A DNA stretch of 64,000 nt, from positions 124,001 through 188,000 of the IMG/VR virus record IMGVR_UViG_3300027770_000026. The stretch is one strand, 5' to 3'. Of the stretch, positions 27,943 through 37,489 are shown one piece after another (the stretch's first letter is position 1; each line of letters opens with the position of its first letter). The notes under the pieces were generated by a model that was not told where the DNA came from, did no database searches, and was given only the letters and a program-made list of their open reading frames with translations. A program made the translations under genes and the position numbers.

Positions 27943-29402
27943 GAGCCTTCTTTAATTTTGTCAGCTATCTTGTGTGCTTTGGTAATTGTGCTTTTTTCCA
28001 ATGGTGGCTTGTCGCCTGTTGCTTTCATTGCAGCAGCCATCCCAATTGCATACTTGTTCTTAGCTTTCTTTTTCTTAGCTTCGTTTACACTTTCCGTAGC
28101 TTGTCTTCTCAACAATGCAGGTGTTCTTTCGTCATGCGGACCGTAGTATCCTGCTTCTTCGGCTTCTTTGCTACCTTTGTATTCCTTTGGTGCTGGCTCA
28201 TCTATTTCATCTTCTACATTTGATGCAGTCATGCTTAAAGAATATTTGTCCAACAATTCTAATGCAGCATCGTCATGTCGACGATTGCCGGTATTGTCAT
28301 ACGCTAACTTGTGTTGTGCATAACGCTTCATGTCGGCTGCTGCTTCTGGACCGTGTGCATCGGTTACTGCAATGACAACCTGCAGTGCTTCGTGTTTAGC
28401 TCTTGCACGGGCCTCTGAATCTTCCTGAGCATCCTTCTCTGTGCCGTAGTGACGTGCATAACGATTCCACATGTCTCTGAGAGAAAGTTCTTCGCCTTCT
28501 TGTTCGGCAACTGGCATAGGACGACCGCGTCCATGTGTGCCGTGCGATAGCTTTTCAGGATGCGCTGCTGGCCCCATGCCTGCACGTTGTGCTGCTGGTA
28601 CATCTAAGGCTGCTAGTTTGTCTGGGCTAAATCTGTTGTCTCTGCTGAGATCTAGACTTACTCCTCTACCCTTACCCGGACCTGTATCACCTACCAGATG
28701 CTTCATGTCACTAAATGCTTCCTGCACTACATAAACAGGCGATTGTGTCATCACACGGTTTTCAATTACGGGATACACTTTGATGAATCCGTCCTGATTA
28801 CGAACTGCGTATTCACGCGAGCCGTCAATGAACGATTTTGCACCTTCGCTAATTGCACGACCCACAGCACTCATGTCTAGTTCATCTGCATAGTGCTGAA
28901 TCTTAGTTGCTTTCCATTCCTGCATGAGACGATCTTCCATGAGATCGTCTTCTGACTTGGGAAGTGGATTATCGCCGTGACCTGCCTTTGTTACCTTATT
29001 AGGAGTACTAGCTGTGTGGTCAGTGTTAACAATGTCCAACAAGTTCTTCATGGTCTTAGGCTTTGGTGCATTTGCTAATGCTTCTTCTACTTGCTCTTCC
29101 ATTACTGCACCGCATGATGCTTCTTCTGCGTGCTCGTATTCCGGTAATGCACCAAGTCCCGACTTCTGCATGATTGCTCGCATTGCACCCGATGGTAGTT
29201 CCTGTGCCGCCACCTTTACTACAGGAGCTGCAACAGGCTCTTCATGAGCATGCGCTGGGCTCATGCCCGACAGCTTTTGAAGTATTGCAATCAGTTCGTT
29301 TGGATCTTCACTACGTATTGTAGTATTTTGCATTACACCATCTCCACTTGGGTCGCTCTCATTGGAGCGTGTGTCGATGTTTAAATTGTATTTTGTTGGC
29401 AT
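27930..29402 (-). CDS. modular low-complexity protein, probable internal head/core protein
   Basis: 490 aa, GAGGA RBS, many hydrophobic-x-E sites, C-terminal basic module NKYAIGMAAA. Confidence 0.75.
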   Translation of the reverse strand: MPTKYNLNIDTRSNESDPSGDGVMQNTTIRSEDPNELIAILQKLSGMSPAHAHEEPVAAPVVKVAAQELPSGAMRAIMQKSGLGALPEYEHAEEASCGAVMEEQVEEALANAPKPKTMKNLLDIVNTDHTASTPNKVTKAGHGDNPLPKSEDDLMEDRLMQEWKATKIQHYADELDMSAVGRAISEGAKSFIDGSREYAVRNQDGFIKVYPVIENRVMTQSPVYVVQEAFSDMKHLVGDTGPGKGRGVSLDLSRDNRFSPDKLAALDVPAAQRAGMGPAAHPEKLSHGTHGRGRPMPVAEQEGEELSLRDMWNRYARHYGTEKDAQEDSEARARAKHEALQVVIAVTDAHGPEAAADMKRYAQHKLAYDNTGNRRHDDAALELLDKYSLSMTASNVEDEIDEPAPKEYKGSKEAEEAGYYGPHDERTPALLRRQATESVNEAKKKKAKNKYAIGMAAAMKATGDKPPLEKSTITKAHKIADKIKEGSKKK

Positions 29403-29419
29403 TGTTTATTCCTCAAGCC

Positions 29420-29980
29420 TTATAGTTTCGGACGCGATTTATTACCCAGTGGGCTCATGTTCTTTGAGCCGTACACAGGGCCAGCGTCAGCTTTGGGCTT
29501 ACCGCCTGCAATTTCATATTTGAATTCACTCTTGTTCTTCTTGACCAGTTCCTGATTATACTCGTCGCCGTAATACTTTTTACCGTCTTCTGTCTTTTCG
29601 TAGTCGGTACCTAGTACTGCTTTGCCGCTCAGTTCCTTTTCTTCACGATCAGTTTCTAAGGGTTCTTCTGGTGTGCGAACAATAATCTTGTTCATGGTAA
29701 TCTTCAATCCATTTGCTAGCACGTCACGTATTGACTCGCGAGCAGCGGGAAGCCCCAACACTACATCTACCATGTAAACTTCTGTGGGACCAATATCTGC
29801 AAAGTCCAGCGCACGACCTTGTAGGATTGTTTTCTTGACAGTTCCTACTTTCTTAACGTCAAATTTAGCGAGAAGCGATTCCATTTTGTCCTGCATGTCG
29901 GCGTCCACCGGTACAGCAAACTTAATACGGAATATGTATTCCTTCTCAGCTTCTTCGATATATTCAAATAGTTTTTTCAT
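29420..29980 (-). CDS. hypothetical late protein (MKKLFEYIEEA)
   Basis: ATG 29980 follows TAAATA at 30001-30006 and AAGGG. The track start at 30061 overlaps the neighbouring gene. Confidence 0.75.
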   Translation of the reverse strand: MKKLFEYIEEAEKEYIFRIKFAVPVDADMQDKMESLLAKFDVKKVGTVKKTILQGRALDFADIGPTEVYMVDVVLGLPAARESIRDVLANGLKITMNKIIVRTPEEPLETDREEKELSGKAVLGTDYEKTEDGKKYYGDEYNQELVKKNKSEFKYEIAGGKPKADAGPVYGSKNMSPLGNKSRPKL

Positions 29981-29999
29981 AATGATAGCCCTTGATGCT

Positions 30000-30479
30000 T
30001 TATTTAGCGTTTTCTTTTGAATTCTTAATGGTTGCGAGTAATTGATTTCTATTCCCCACAATACGACCCTGTGTTTCAGTCACGCCGTTAGGTCCATTTG
30101 TGCTGCTAGCTTTGGCCCGCAAGGCCTGCAATTGCAAGCTTACTGTGCGCAGTTTAGCGTCAGTCTTACCCTGCTTGGCGTCTAGCGCAGTCTTTAATAA
30201 TTGCGCCGCAACTGCTAATAGCTCTGCACTATGGCGCGGTTCTACGTTCATTGCTAGCTCTTTAATTTCCCTGTACGTGGCCATTGCTTCGTCTGCAATG
30301 TGATCCACTTCCCCTTCTGTTTCGGGAATGTTGCGTACCTGAGGTAATGCTTTGTCTACACGGGTACCTAAATCATTTAATTCTGATTCCTCTGTAATTT
30401 CTAAGGGCAATGCAAAATCCGTAGTTTCCCCGCTTGCCACAGTTGACATATTAAACAATTCTTCTAATTGTTTGTTCAT
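30000..30479 (-). CDS. putative terminase small subunit
   Basis: 159-aa helical protein (ELAMNVEPR..AELL..A.QLL, VG.RNQLL) resembling gp16-type proteins, near terL. Confidence 0.5.
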   Translation of the reverse strand: MNKQLEELFNMSTVASGETTDFALPLEITEESELNDLGTRVDKALPQVRNIPETEGEVDHIADEAMATYREIKELAMNVEPRHSAELLAVAAQLLKTALDAKQGKTDAKLRTVSLQLQALRAKASSTNGPNGVTETQGRIVGNRNQLLATIKNSKENAK

Positions 30480-30901
30480 TTTTTAAACAAATCCTTTTCA
30501 TTTATCACGCGAAAGAAAATTCCCTTTTGCTTGCACCAGGATGCTGCTGCTTGCCATTTAACATAGTTAAGTGCAACTGCTGCTTGATTCTGTATATTCT
30601 TGCCGGCTGCTTCCATATATGTCTGACTCGAAGGTTTAATTTCTATAAGCTCTGCATGTTGTTTACCATTTTTATCCTGGTACACGATAAAAATGTCGGG
30701 TATATATACTGTGTGTTTTCCCGTAAATGGATTCTTGTAGGGTATTTGTATGCACTCGCTAGCCCATTGTACTACAGATGGATGATTATCTGCAAATCTG
30801 AAGAATGCTAATTCCCAGCTAGAACGATATTTTGGCACACGGTTACCCGCATACTTCTCGGGGTTTCTAGGCTGGAAGTTGCCCTTCATCCACTTTCCCA
30901 T
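30476..30901 (-). CDS. gp4: head completion nuclease (T4 gp4-like, TnsA-N fold)
   Basis: P.NPEKY.G, YRSSWE, W.SE...IPY, Y.PD, IEIKP and KW.AA motifs. Confidence 0.9.
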   Translation of the reverse strand: MGKWMKGNFQPRNPEKYAGNRVPKYRSSWELAFFRFADNHPSVVQWASECIQIPYKNPFTGKHTVYIPDIFIVYQDKNGKQHAELIEIKPSSQTYMEAAGKNIQNQAAVALNYVKWQAAASWCKQKGIFFRVINEKDLFKK

Positions 30902-31245
30902 TACACTACTAACCTACTATATACTTGATTAGTTACCACTGGTGATTCGTATCCTACGTAGCTGCTGCTTGCACGGGCAATATTCATTAGGTACGCTGTT
31001 AGCTGCTGCATCTCTGCACTGTCGGCACCGTTATACGTTTTTAATAAATCCAGCACATCTACTTTTGATCCGCCGTTATCTATTGTGGTACTAATTAGTG
31101 CGCCCGCTAGCAGTTCTGCAGCAGTTGCAGTAAAGTTTCTACGTTCAAACCAAACTTTAACAATATTAAAGATATCAGTGGAAACTGTATATCCTTTAAG
31201 GCTTGTACTTTGTCCCGGTGTGTTATTGATATTAGTAATGGCCAT
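30901..31245 (-). CDS. hypothetical structural protein
   Basis: 114-aa coupled ORF with AGGA RBS. Confidence 0.7.
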   Translation of the reverse strand: MAITNINNTPGQSTSLKGYTVSTDIFNIVKVWFERRNFTATAAELLAGALISTTIDNGGSKVDVLDLLKTYNGADSAEMQQLTAYLMNIARASSSYVGYESPVVTNQVYSRLVV

Positions 31246-31246
31246 T

Positions 31247-31549
31247 TTAAATTCCTGGAGGTCCCGGTGGTTGTGGATTTATTATTACCCCATCCCCGTC
31301 TGACTTTACCGCACCCGGCACAGTGGTTGCTGCAACACGCGACGATTTAGTGTTGGACACAATCTGATTAGTGGATGTAGGTTTTGCCACCGTGGTAGTT
31401 GTTTTGGGCAGTATGTTAGATTTTGCAACTGCGGTAGCAGTCACAGTCATTGTACCGTCTGCCGCAATAGCAACCTTATTAACATACTTTGTGCTGGTAT
31501 TATCGCCTTGATAACGTGCAGGCTGTGATACTGTTGTGTTAACCGCCAT
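31247..31549 (-). CDS. hypothetical T/A/V-rich protein
   Basis: 100-aa ORF filling the gap and overlapping the upstream gene by 11 nt. Weak RBS. Confidence 0.55.
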   Translation of the reverse strand: MAVNTTVSQPARYQGDNTSTKYVNKVAIAADGTMTVTATAVAKSNILPKTTTTVAKPTSTNQIVSNTKSSRVAATTVPGAVKSDGDGVIINPQPPGPPGI

Positions 31550-32801
31550 TTTTAGTAGTACTCTTATTTGGGAATATCTTGTTAGTAACTGCAGATATTG
31601 CGGTATTCTGAATAGTATTCTTAACCACTGTACCTAATTCTGATTTAACACCGGGAACAAAGTTCTTATTACTAATAGTTTTAGCAATGCCAATTGCACT
31701 GATCAGATCGCTTAAGCGAGGGCGACCTTTGGTAATGTTACCAATGATTCCTTCTGCACGATCTAGTAGTCCACCCGGGCCTAATAGTGAACGTGGGCTA
31801 CCACGCATTAATGGACTAGAATGATTGTCATAAAATCTCACTGCATCCAGTATGCTTGCTGCTGATACTTGATCCATATAGCTCACGCCTTCGTACGCTA
31901 TGGACATTTTACAAGTAGCTGTACCGTTTTGCGAATAGTCAAAGCTATCGTGGTCCCAGCCTGTGATACGAGGATTGTGCAGTACTATCATGCTGGCTTG
32001 CTTTTGTCCCAGCGGGAATATTTCAATTGCTTTGAGCAAGTGATAGGATTTATCCACGCCAGTTGAATGGAATACTGAACCGTTTGCGCCCCATGCATCG
32101 CTAAACATTGTGCCCACTGTGTCTGCTGTGGTAATTGATTGTAGCAGTAGGGGATACTTTAATGCCATATCCCATTCTGCGCCCGGACGTGGTGTGGATG
32201 TGTCGTCAGTTTGAGTCTGAGAAACTTTATTTGCTTCCGCAGTATTACTGACAGATTTTTTGAAAATTGATTTAACAGCATTACCTACTGCGTTAATTAA
32301 TTTAGAAAATGGATCTCTCATTTTGTTTGGGGAATCAGTACCACTTTTAATAATATATTTGGTACCATCGGCAAAATACCAATTGTAATAAAATGCCCAG
32401 AATGCCCAAATGATATCGCTTGTGTCGTCGTGGAACGTGACGTTTATGGGCTTGTACTTGATCTTTTTATAACTGATTGCAACCTTGTTATATTGATTGT
32501 GTACTGTGTGGTCAATGTCAAAGCTTGGCAGGTCAATGCTCTTGGTTAGTACGCTGAGTACATCGCTATTACGTTGACTACCAATTGTTTCCGCAAATTC
32601 TTTGGCTTCGTACACATTGTTAAGTGCGTCAGTATTAAACACAAAGTTAACGTGGAACATGCCCTTAAACTTAGGGCTGCGGATCATGTCTTCTGCTGTG
32701 AAAACTTTAGCTGCGTGTGACCAATCCTGGACTCCATCCTGGGCCGTAATGCCGGAAGTAAATCCCTTGATCTCTCGCTTTAAAAAACTGCCTATGCCCA
32801 T
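31539..32801 (-). CDS. tail tube-like baseplate/tube initiator protein (gp48/gp54-like)
   Basis: KSIDLP, NQYN, Y.PINVTFHDD and NPRIT...HD.FDY tube-fold motifs. Confidence 0.65.
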   Translation of the reverse strand: MGIGSFLKREIKGFTSGITAQDGVQDWSHAAKVFTAEDMIRSPKFKGMFHVNFVFNTDALNNVYEAKEFAETIGSQRNSDVLSVLTKSIDLPSFDIDHTVHNQYNKVAISYKKIKYKPINVTFHDDTSDIIWAFWAFYYNWYFADGTKYIIKSGTDSPNKMRDPFSKLINAVGNAVKSIFKKSVSNTAEANKVSQTQTDDTSTPRPGAEWDMALKYPLLLQSITTADTVGTMFSDAWGANGSVFHSTGVDKSYHLLKAIEIFPLGQKQASMIVLHNPRITGWDHDSFDYSQNGTATCKMSIAYEGVSYMDQVSAASILDAVRFYDNHSSPLMRGSPRSLLGPGGLLDRAEGIIGNITKGRPRLSDLISAIGIAKTISNKNFVPGVKSELGTVVKNTIQNTAISAVTNKIFPNKSTTKNGG

Positions 32802-32819
32802 ATGTGTATCTCCATATGT

Positions 32820-32827
32820 TATTTATA
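32820..32827 (-). promoter_or_regulatory. T4-type late promoter TATAAATA
   Basis: Exact T4 late consensus upstream of a GGAGA RBS. Confidence 0.8.
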
Positions 32828-32838
32828 GCCAAAAAGAA

Positions 32839-32859
32839 AGGGGCAAAAAATGCCCCCTT
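32839..32859 (-). terminator. intrinsic terminator after the tail tube gene
   Basis: AAGGGGCA/TGCCCCTT stem followed by TCTTTTT on the minus strand. Confidence 0.75.
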
Positions 32860-32885
32860 CCCATAAGCAGATGTACCAGCAGGTA

Positions 32886-33503
32886 TTAGCCTGTTGATAG
32901 CACGTTGATTGAACGGCCAACGGCCGCGCCAACACCATTCTCCATTGGAATCTGGAGTGCGTTATCAAACTTAATTGTCATTGTAATTTCAACAGCGCCT
33001 GATTCAGCATATGATATTGCACCATAGTCTACGCTGTTTAGGTAGCAACCGTAGCATTCCCATGTTTCAAGAACATTTGGAGTATATGCGCCGTTGCCGC
33101 CGTCTAGCATTTCTAAGCGTGTTACAAACTTGTAGCTTGTACCTGCGCTTGCACTTGCTTGCTCGAAGAAGTCCAATTGACGCTGTAGCTGCTCACCAAC
33201 GAGCTTGCTAACCTGCCCCTGAACGTCGTCACGTACAACCAGGTTCATGTCTTGCCATGAATGCTTGCCTGCTAGCTTGACCTTGCTGTTGTACACATCT
33301 AGTACAACTTCTTCAAAGCTAACGTTTGGACGTGATACGCTAACTACCTGCTTGGTCAATTCGCTTCTAGGACTTGTAACGCCAAAATTCTCAAGTGTAA
33401 CGCGGAAGCGATACTTGAGTTTAGGCATCAATAGGCCCTGAGAGGTTGCACTCTGGTCACTGGCCAGTGGTACGGTAAATCTTGTTAAACTTGTAATACT
33501 CAT
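32886..33503 (-). CDS. gp19: tail tube protein (gp19-like)
   Basis: PKLKYRFRV, RP.VSF, AGK.SW and WECYGCY motifs, immediately downstream of the sheath. Confidence 0.85.
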   Translation of the reverse strand: MSITSLTRFTVPLASDQSATSQGLLMPKLKYRFRVTLENFGVTSPRSELTKQVVSVSRPNVSFEEVVLDVYNSKVKLAGKHSWQDMNLVVRDDVQGQVSKLVGEQLQRQLDFFEQASASAGTSYKFVTRLEMLDGGNGAYTPNVLETWECYGCYLNSVDYGAISYAESGAVEITMTIKFDNALQIPMENGVGAAVGRSINVLSTG

Positions 33504-33591
33504 GTTATAAGCTCTCCTTAGTGAGCATCTGCTGTGTGCAATTATTTAGCCATTTGAAATATTTTTTGATGAGGGTATTTTAGTCAAAAAA

Positions 33592-33611
33592 ATAGGGGCC
33601 GTAGCCCCTAT
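33592..33611. terminator. intrinsic (possibly bidirectional) terminator after the sheath gene
   Basis: ATAGGGGC-CGTA-GCCCCTAT flanked by A and T runs. Confidence 0.85.
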
Positions 33612-33631
33612 CTTTTGCTTGGCGTAATTGC

Positions 33632-36600
33632 TTAGGCCAATGCTTCTCCAGTATTCTTGATACGGATTGGGATGTAGATGAATTCCACGGCCTTCACAGG
33701 CTTAATGGCAATATCAATCCACAGCTCGTTACGATCAATGCGCTCTGGTGTATTGTTGCTGGTATCGCACACTACGAGGAAGTCGTACAATGCACGTAGT
33801 CCAACTAGCTCGTTGAAGAATGTTTCAACTGCTTGTTTGACTTCGTTACGTGTCAATGTATCGTTTGGCTCGAAGAAGTATGGTTTTACTAACACTTCTA
33901 GTTGCTTGCGAACATACACAATCAAACGTGCTACGTTCACACGGTCTAGGGCACTTGCAGTTACTGCTAGTGTCTTCTGACCCCAAACAACTATTCCCCC
34001 TGTTGGCTGGATGACAATTGGGTTTAGTCTGTTCTGATACATTACATCGCGAACGCCCTGTCCTAGTGGACTTGGTACGAACTCACCCTCCGAGCTTAGG
34101 TAGCCAACGCTTGTGGCATTGTTAACAACACCACGACGTAGACCAGCTGGGGCAAACCATGGATACGCAACTTGATCGTTTAGGGCGATTGTGCGCAGCA
34201 TGATGTGACTTGCTGGTACCATTACATCTTCACCTGTTAGGTTTGATGTATATGCGTTTGGATAGAACACTGCAGAGTATTCATTTAGTGTTACTAGTCC
34301 TTCTTCACTGTTTGTTGGAGCATTGTTTGCATTGGTTGCCCAATTAAACAAGTCTGTACCAGTTGGCTGCAAGCGGAATGGAGGGTCAACTAGTACAAAC
34401 GCTGTGCCCTTACGGTCAGTGTTTAGTACTACCATTTCGTCCAGCAATTCTGGATAACCTGGGCATGCAATGAGTGTAAAGTCATTTTGCTCTTGGCGTG
34501 CATCCAAGCTAGCGTTGAGACCTGCTTGCATTGCTTCAACGATAACACGACGTTGTGCCTTGCGGCCCATGTATGGTGAACCGTCTGACTTGACTCCTAC
34601 CTTGCTTACCCATGCATCACGTAAAGTTACTGTAGCGTCAAAGTAGTTAACCTTGTACTCTTTGACATTGTAACCGCTGCGGCGTGTGTTGAACAACAAC
34701 ATACCTTGTGGGTACAAGTCTGGATCTGGTGCATCGCTGTCTACGTAACTGCTATCCAACAGGTCCACGATGTCTGAACTGTCTGATGCAGCATCGCCAT
34801 CACGGTAACGAGCATCAGCAAACAAGACACCATTTTCTGTTGTTTGGTCCGTGTTGTTGATTGTTTCCCATGTGCTTGTGCCTGCATTGTAACGCTTGAT
34901 TAGAGGATAGTTTTCTAGATCACTAGTGTCAATCCACAAATCGTTTGTTGCTAATGCAGTCACGCCGTCGCTCTGGTACTCTGGCTGAGTTGCAGAAACG
35001 ACTGGGCCCAATGGGTCAGTTAACCCAAACTCATCGTGATAACCAGTCCACGAGCTACCGTTGTGTACCATGATGTCTACTTCGTCTACCAGGCTGTTGT
35101 ACCACAATGTACCATCAACTGGTGTAGTACGAGGTTCTGCAACACCTGCAGTGTATGTCAATGTCAACCAATTAGTAACTAGACCAGCTGTGATGCCGCA
35201 AGCTGCCAATGGTGAGCCGCCGCCGTCGGCTAAGACGAAGTCATTACCCTTACTGTGTGCAATGGTCAATGTGTTATCTGTATTAACTGTCATTGTCATG
35301 TTTGGAATACTTGCACGACCAAATGCTGTTGCAAGACCTGCAGCAGTTAAAGGATCACCAGCACCAGCGTTATCCAATGTTACTGTGTAGGTAATTCCAC
35401 CAACAATTACATCAAAGTCGTCACCATCCACTAGTGTAGGACTTGTTGTTATGCCGCTAGTTGTTAGCGGAATACCAGTTGCGTCCCACTTGACTATTTC
35501 CATCTGCAAAGTATCAAGGTTTGCAATGTCATATGGCATGTATAGCGCATTAGGAGCGATAGTGTTAGCCGATACACCATCTGTTGCTAGTCCTGCTATC
35601 GCAGGATCGTTAGCAAAGTCAGCCGACAGAGCATATAGCGGAGTTGATACTGTTACCCAATCACCTGCTGCACTCATACGCTTAACAGCGATGTTTGCAC
35701 CATTGTTTGGGCTAGTTGTCTTGAACCAAATTGATCCAGTTGGACGTGGATTTGCACCACCTGTCTTGAAGCCTGGAACAATTGTGTGCTTGTTCTGATG
35801 TAGATCAACTGTCTTGTATTCTACGTTTTCTGTCAGACCAAGCAGTGCTGACAAACCGTTTGTAGTAGCCGAATCAATTGTTACGCTAATCGAACTGTAA
35901 ATGACCAGTTTGTTGCTTTCAATTATAGCCTTCATGTTTGCATTAAGTGTACCGTTGGCATTGATTGCATCAACTAGGTCTTCAAGGTAGTTATTTGGGG
36001 CGTTGGGCACTGCGATGGTCGTGCCATTGATTACCAAGTCCCATGTATCGGTAATTGCAGTAGTAACTTCCACTGTTCCGCGCACTGTTGCGTGACGACG
36101 CTTCCATTCAGCTGTACCAATTAGTGCCCAGTTCTGATTTAGATCTGACCGACCGCCTTTATAGTAAGCTTTGATTGCCCCACTAACGATTGACACAGCG
36201 TAGTCGCCTGTACTACCTGTTTGTGGTAGTGGCAATCCGGCTGTTAACTCTGCACTGGATGTGATTAGTAATGGAGATACTACAGTGAATACCTGATCAG
36301 CTGCATTCCATTCCTGCAAGCCCCATGCTGTTTCTGCGAGGTCCAACCAGTATGTACCTGTTGCAACTTCGCCTGTTGCGGCACTCGAACTTGGTACTAG
36401 TTCTGTTAGATTTACATCTGGACGCATGATGTAGGCCTTGCTGGCCACGCCCAGGAAGCTGTATGCTGCTAGCAGACCGTACTCATTGAGTTCGTCGCCT
36501 TGAACAACTGCTCCACTAACTTTAGTAAAGCTTGGTACGCCAAAGTTTGTTGCTAGTTCACGTTGGCTTGTAACCAACTGCACCTTATTAATATTTGCTG

Positions 36601-36751
36601 CCAATGTACCGGTAGCTGTACCGGTTCCTGCAGGATTAGTCTTATCTTGCGCAGATGGCGCAATGATAAGCGGGACTGGGCCCGCCGCTGCAGGCAAATA
36701 TTGACTTTCGTCAATAATTGTAATTTCTGTTCCAACCGAAGTTAAAGCCAT
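33632..36751 (-). CDS. gp18: contractile tail sheath protein (gp18-like) with large insertion
   Basis: PWFAPAG.RRG, NPI, WGQKT, DRVNVARL, CDTSNNTP and KPVKAVEFI motifs. Confidence 0.95.
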   Translation of the reverse strand: MALTSVGTEITIIDESQYLPAAAGPVPLIIAPSAQDKTNPAGTGTATGTLAANINKVQLVTSQRELATNFGVPSFTKVSGAVVQGDELNEYGLLAAYSFLGVASKAYIMRPDVNLTELVPSSSAATGEVATGTYWLDLAETAWGLQEWNAADQVFTVVSPLLITSSAELTAGLPLPQTGSTGDYAVSIVSGAIKAYYKGGRSDLNQNWALIGTAEWKRRHATVRGTVEVTTAITDTWDLVINGTTIAVPNAPNNYLEDLVDAINANGTLNANMKAIIESNKLVIYSSISVTIDSATTNGLSALLGLTENVEYKTVDLHQNKHTIVPGFKTGGANPRPTGSIWFKTTSPNNGANIAVKRMSAAGDWVTVSTPLYALSADFANDPAIAGLATDGVSANTIAPNALYMPYDIANLDTLQMEIVKWDATGIPLTTSGITTSPTLVDGDDFDVIVGGITYTVTLDNAGAGDPLTAAGLATAFGRASIPNMTMTVNTDNTLTIAHSKGNDFVLADGGGSPLAACGITAGLVTNWLTLTYTAGVAEPRTTPVDGTLWYNSLVDEVDIMVHNGSSWTGYHDEFGLTDPLGPVVSATQPEYQSDGVTALATNDLWIDTSDLENYPLIKRYNAGTSTWETINNTDQTTENGVLFADARYRDGDAASDSSDIVDLLDSSYVDSDAPDPDLYPQGMLLFNTRRSGYNVKEYKVNYFDATVTLRDAWVSKVGVKSDGSPYMGRKAQRRVIVEAMQAGLNASLDARQEQNDFTLIACPGYPELLDEMVVLNTDRKGTAFVLVDPPFRLQPTGTDLFNWATNANNAPTNSEEGLVTLNEYSAVFYPNAYTSNLTGEDVMVPASHIMLRTIALNDQVAYPWFAPAGLRRGVVNNATSVGYLSSEGEFVPSPLGQGVRDVMYQNRLNPIVIQPTGGIVVWGQKTLAVTASALDRVNVARLIVYVRKQLEVLVKPYFFEPNDTLTRNEVKQAVETFFNELVGLRALYDFLVVCDTSNNTPERIDRNELWIDIAIKPVKAVEFIYIPIRIKNTGEALA

Positions 36752-36828
36752 GTGTTTATATCCTCTTGTAATGACTCGCGGTATGCACCGTGTGTCAATA
36801 TTTAGCGGATAGGGGCTTTTTTATGACG

Positions 36829-37455
36829 TTATGCGGACTCAAACATGCATCTAATGCGATATTTAAGCAGATCCAGCGGACCGTTGTTTTCGATTACGTT
36901 ATCAAACTCAGTTCCAACCCAAGACCATTCACTAGCATGTACATTTTGTACTAGCCAAATCTTGTCTGCAGTATCATGATTGACATTAGCGTTAACTGCA
37001 CGGTCATACCAGTTGGGATTGGGTCCGCGCTTAACCCACCAAACTTCGCCACCTAGATTGCGAATGGTGCGTACTTCGTTTGGGAAACGGCAATCGGGAA
37101 TAATAATGTTAAAGGGATTATTACGGATTCTATTCTCTACGCTAGCAGCCCAGATATCATCGTGAAAGCTCATGCGACATACTTCTGTGCCCCACTGCTG
37201 TAGTACCCATCGCGGCGTTAAGTGGGATATGTGCAATCTGGTAGCCCACCACGTGTCTACTTGCTCGCGCCATACGCGACTAGCTTCTGTGTCGCCTTCT
37301 AACAAGTGCCTTGGCCAGCCAAATACTGCTGCTACAGAATCCTTAAGTGTATCCGCAAAGCTAACTTTGGTATAGGCATATTCTTCATCCAGTATGTCTG
37401 CTACTGTGCCCTTGCCAGAGCCAATGAATCCGCAAATTGCAATAATCTTATTCAT
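36829..37455 (-). CDS. deoxynucleoside monophosphate kinase (T4 gp1-like)
   Basis: GFIGSGKGT, FAD.LK, TPR..LQ..GTE, DCRFPNE and H.SE motifs. ATG at 37455. Confidence 0.92.
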   Translation of the reverse strand: MNKIIAICGFIGSGKGTVADILDEEYAYTKVSFADTLKDSVAAVFGWPRHLLEGDTEASRVWREQVDTWWATRLHISHLTPRWVLQQWGTEVCRMSFHDDIWAASVENRIRNNPFNIIIPDCRFPNEVRTIRNLGGEVWWVKRGPNPNWYDRAVNANVNHDTADKIWLVQNVHASEWSWVGTEFDNVIENNGPLDLLKYRIRCMFESA

Positions 37456-37461
37456 GCTGTA

Positions 37462-37489
37462 ATTATAACAGCAAACACACAAATATCAA
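37462..37489 (-). promoter_or_regulatory. sigma70-type promoter TTGATA-N16-TATAAT with extended -10 (TGn), 6 nt before ATG
   Basis: Direct observation. No SD between promoter and ATG. Confidence 0.7.

Noticed and set aside
30470-30490. TTT AAA AAA TGA at the end of the gp4-like gene as a frameshift site
   Set aside because: Not an in-frame X_XXY_YYZ heptamer. An ordinary ATGA stop/start overlap explains it.
31535-31560. Possible recoding joining 31539-32801 to 31247-31549
   Set aside because: The downstream ORF is in the +1 frame and has its own ATG. No stimulatory structure seen.
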